Shown here: in pieces, positions 62,585 to 64,000 of the stretch | Layout: every line of letters begins with the position of its first letter | Position numbering within the stretch: the stretch's first letter is position 1 | NCBI GenBank assembly: GCA_963754925.1 | Contig: CAVWHX010000011.1 | Span: 157,982 to 221,981 of the forward strand | Length of the DNA: 64,000 nucleotides | Direction: 5' to 3' | From: an uncultured delta proteobacterium | GTDB taxonomy: Bacteria; Myxococcota; B64-G9 | Notes under the pieces: model-generated | Databases searched by the model: none | What the model was told of the DNA's origin: nothing | The model's input: only the letters and a program-made list of their open reading frames with translations | Translations under genes and position numbers: made by a program

Positions 62585-63946
62585 ATGACCGACTCCAGGC
62601 AAGAACCTATTACACCCGCTAAAAAAGGTAAAGCAATCGGGGTACTTTCAGGCATCGGAATGGTCGTGGCCAATATGATCGGCACCGGGGTTTTCATCAC
62701 CGCGGGTTTTATGGTGCAGGACTTGGCGCCCCATTGGATTCTCGTCGCGTGGGTGGTCGGATTTGCGCTGGCTCTCTGCGGCGCAGAAGGCTACTCGGCC
62801 GTCGCCAAGCTGGTGCCCCGCTCGGGGGGAGAGTACCGTTATGTGTCGGAGCTTCTGCACCCGTCCCTCGGTTACCTTGCCGGTTGGGCCTCGTTGTTCG
62901 TTGGGTTTTCGGCGCCCATCGCCATCGATGCACTGGCCGCGGGCGTGTTCGCCGCAACGCTTATTCCGAGCATAAACGCAAAACTTTTCGCCGCGATCAT
63001 TGTCGTGCTCCTCACCGTCATGCACGCGCGGGGCATGCGTTCATCACTGGTGACCCAAAACATTTTGGTGGCCGTCAAGATTCTCCTGGTTGTGGGGTTT
63101 GTCATCATGGGGCTCATCGGCGGAGACAATCACTGGCCCGTCTGGCAGCCGGCGCAACCATCCGAAGAGTTTCCCCTGGCGGCTTTTATGGGCAGCCTTT
63201 TTTATATCGCCTTTGCTTTCAGTGGTTGGAACGCAGCGATATATGCCGCCGAGGAATTCGAACATCCGAAGCGTGACGTCGCCCGAGCCATGCTGTTCGG
63301 CTGCGCCGTGGTGGGGGTGCTGTATCTTGCGGTCAATTGGGTATTCATCGCCAACCTCACGCCGGACCAAGCCGGTGTAATACGGGATCAGAGCGCGTAC
63401 ATCACCTTAGGTCACGTGATTGCGCACGATATTTTGGGCGAAACCGGCGCGTCGCTCATGTCGGTGCTGGTGATCATAGTCTTGATCTCGGCCACGAGCG
63501 CGATGATCTTTACCGGTCCGCGCGTTTACGATGCCATGGCGCGGGACGGCTTTCTCCCTCGCATTCTGATTGGCCGCGAGGGCAAACCGCCGGCCTTTGC
63601 GGTTATGGTACAGGGCGCGCTGGCGCTGGCGCTGGTGTTTGCCTATGATTTCCAACAGGTGCTGCAGAATGTTGGCGCGATCCTGACGTTGTTTTCGGCC
63701 CTGACGGTTCTGGGGCTCTTTCGAGTGCGGTTCTCGTCCAAATACCCGATAAAGCCCTCAATCGGCAGCTTGCTGGCTAGTGCGTTCTACGTGCTCTTGG
63801 CTGGATGGATGCTCTATTTTGGCTTCCGCAATAAAGGCGGCCTGTTGCCCTGGGTGGCAGGCGTGAGCGTGGTAGCACTCATAGTCTATTTCGTTACCAG
63901 AAAGAAAGCTGCCAACGGACAAACAATCAGCACGAATCGCGACTAG
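62585..63946 (+). CDS. APC-family amino acid permease
   Basis: ANMIGTGVF, PRSGGEY, FAFSGWNAA, GPRVYDAMARDG; 12 TM. Confidence 0.9.
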   Translation: MTDSRQEPITPAKKGKAIGVLSGIGMVVANMIGTGVFITAGFMVQDLAPHWILVAWVVGFALALCGAEGYSAVAKLVPRSGGEYRYVSELLHPSLGYLAGWASLFVGFSAPIAIDALAAGVFAATLIPSINAKLFAAIIVVLLTVMHARGMRSSLVTQNILVAVKILLVVGFVIMGLIGGDNHWPVWQPAQPSEEFPLAAFMGSLFYIAFAFSGWNAAIYAAEEFEHPKRDVARAMLFGCAVVGVLYLAVNWVFIANLTPDQAGVIRDQSAYITLGHVIAHDILGETGASLMSVLVIIVLISATSAMIFTGPRVYDAMARDGFLPRILIGREGKPPAFAVMVQGALALALVFAYDFQQVLQNVGAILTLFSALTVLGLFRVRFSSKYPIKPSIGSLLASAFYVLLAGWMLYFGFRNKGGLLPWVAGVSVVALIVYFVTRKKAANGQTISTNRD

Positions 63947-64000
63947 GACCGGCCGACTCGAGCGCCGTACGTAAGGTGTCGGTGGTAAGGAGCAATACAT

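Overview
Bacterial chromosomal window of roughly 50-55% GC with higher- and lower-GC patches. The gene content (myxobacterial-type PilZ protein, FlgT/LPP20-like pair, multiheme cytochrome c, DUF4388 response regulator) suggests a Myxococcota/deltaproteobacterial organism; this is inference only. It carries housekeeping genes (engB, proline dehydrogenase, menA, menG/ubiE, guaA, guaB, inositol-3-phosphate synthase, miaB, mutS2). It also has a minus-strand envelope/lipid-glycoside-like cluster (25-12039), a 1668-aa orphan lipoprotein, a CheB-CheR-PAS plus hybrid kinase pair, and one complete IS481/IS1202-like insertion sequence with a 16-bp target duplication. About eleven genes, including essential guaA and guaB, are broken by single-base frameshifts, mostly in short runs; this most likely reflects long-read assembly error. 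The most interesting observations are: (1) a family of tiny CC-TAAAG-GG-ATAAGAG...CTCTAA hairpin elements (5 copies) that sit inside other hairpins and in one case truncate a gene; (2) a candidate structured ncRNA at 19083-19267 hosting two of them; (3) two adjacent histidine kinases that both lack the phospho-acceptor His (Tyr and Gln instead), downstream of a sigma54-type promoter and a structured leader/sRNA; (4) the atypical IS, whose transposase has no stop codon of its own. No rRNA, tRNA or CRISPR array was seen. All family assignments come from motif recognition by eye; no database searches were run.
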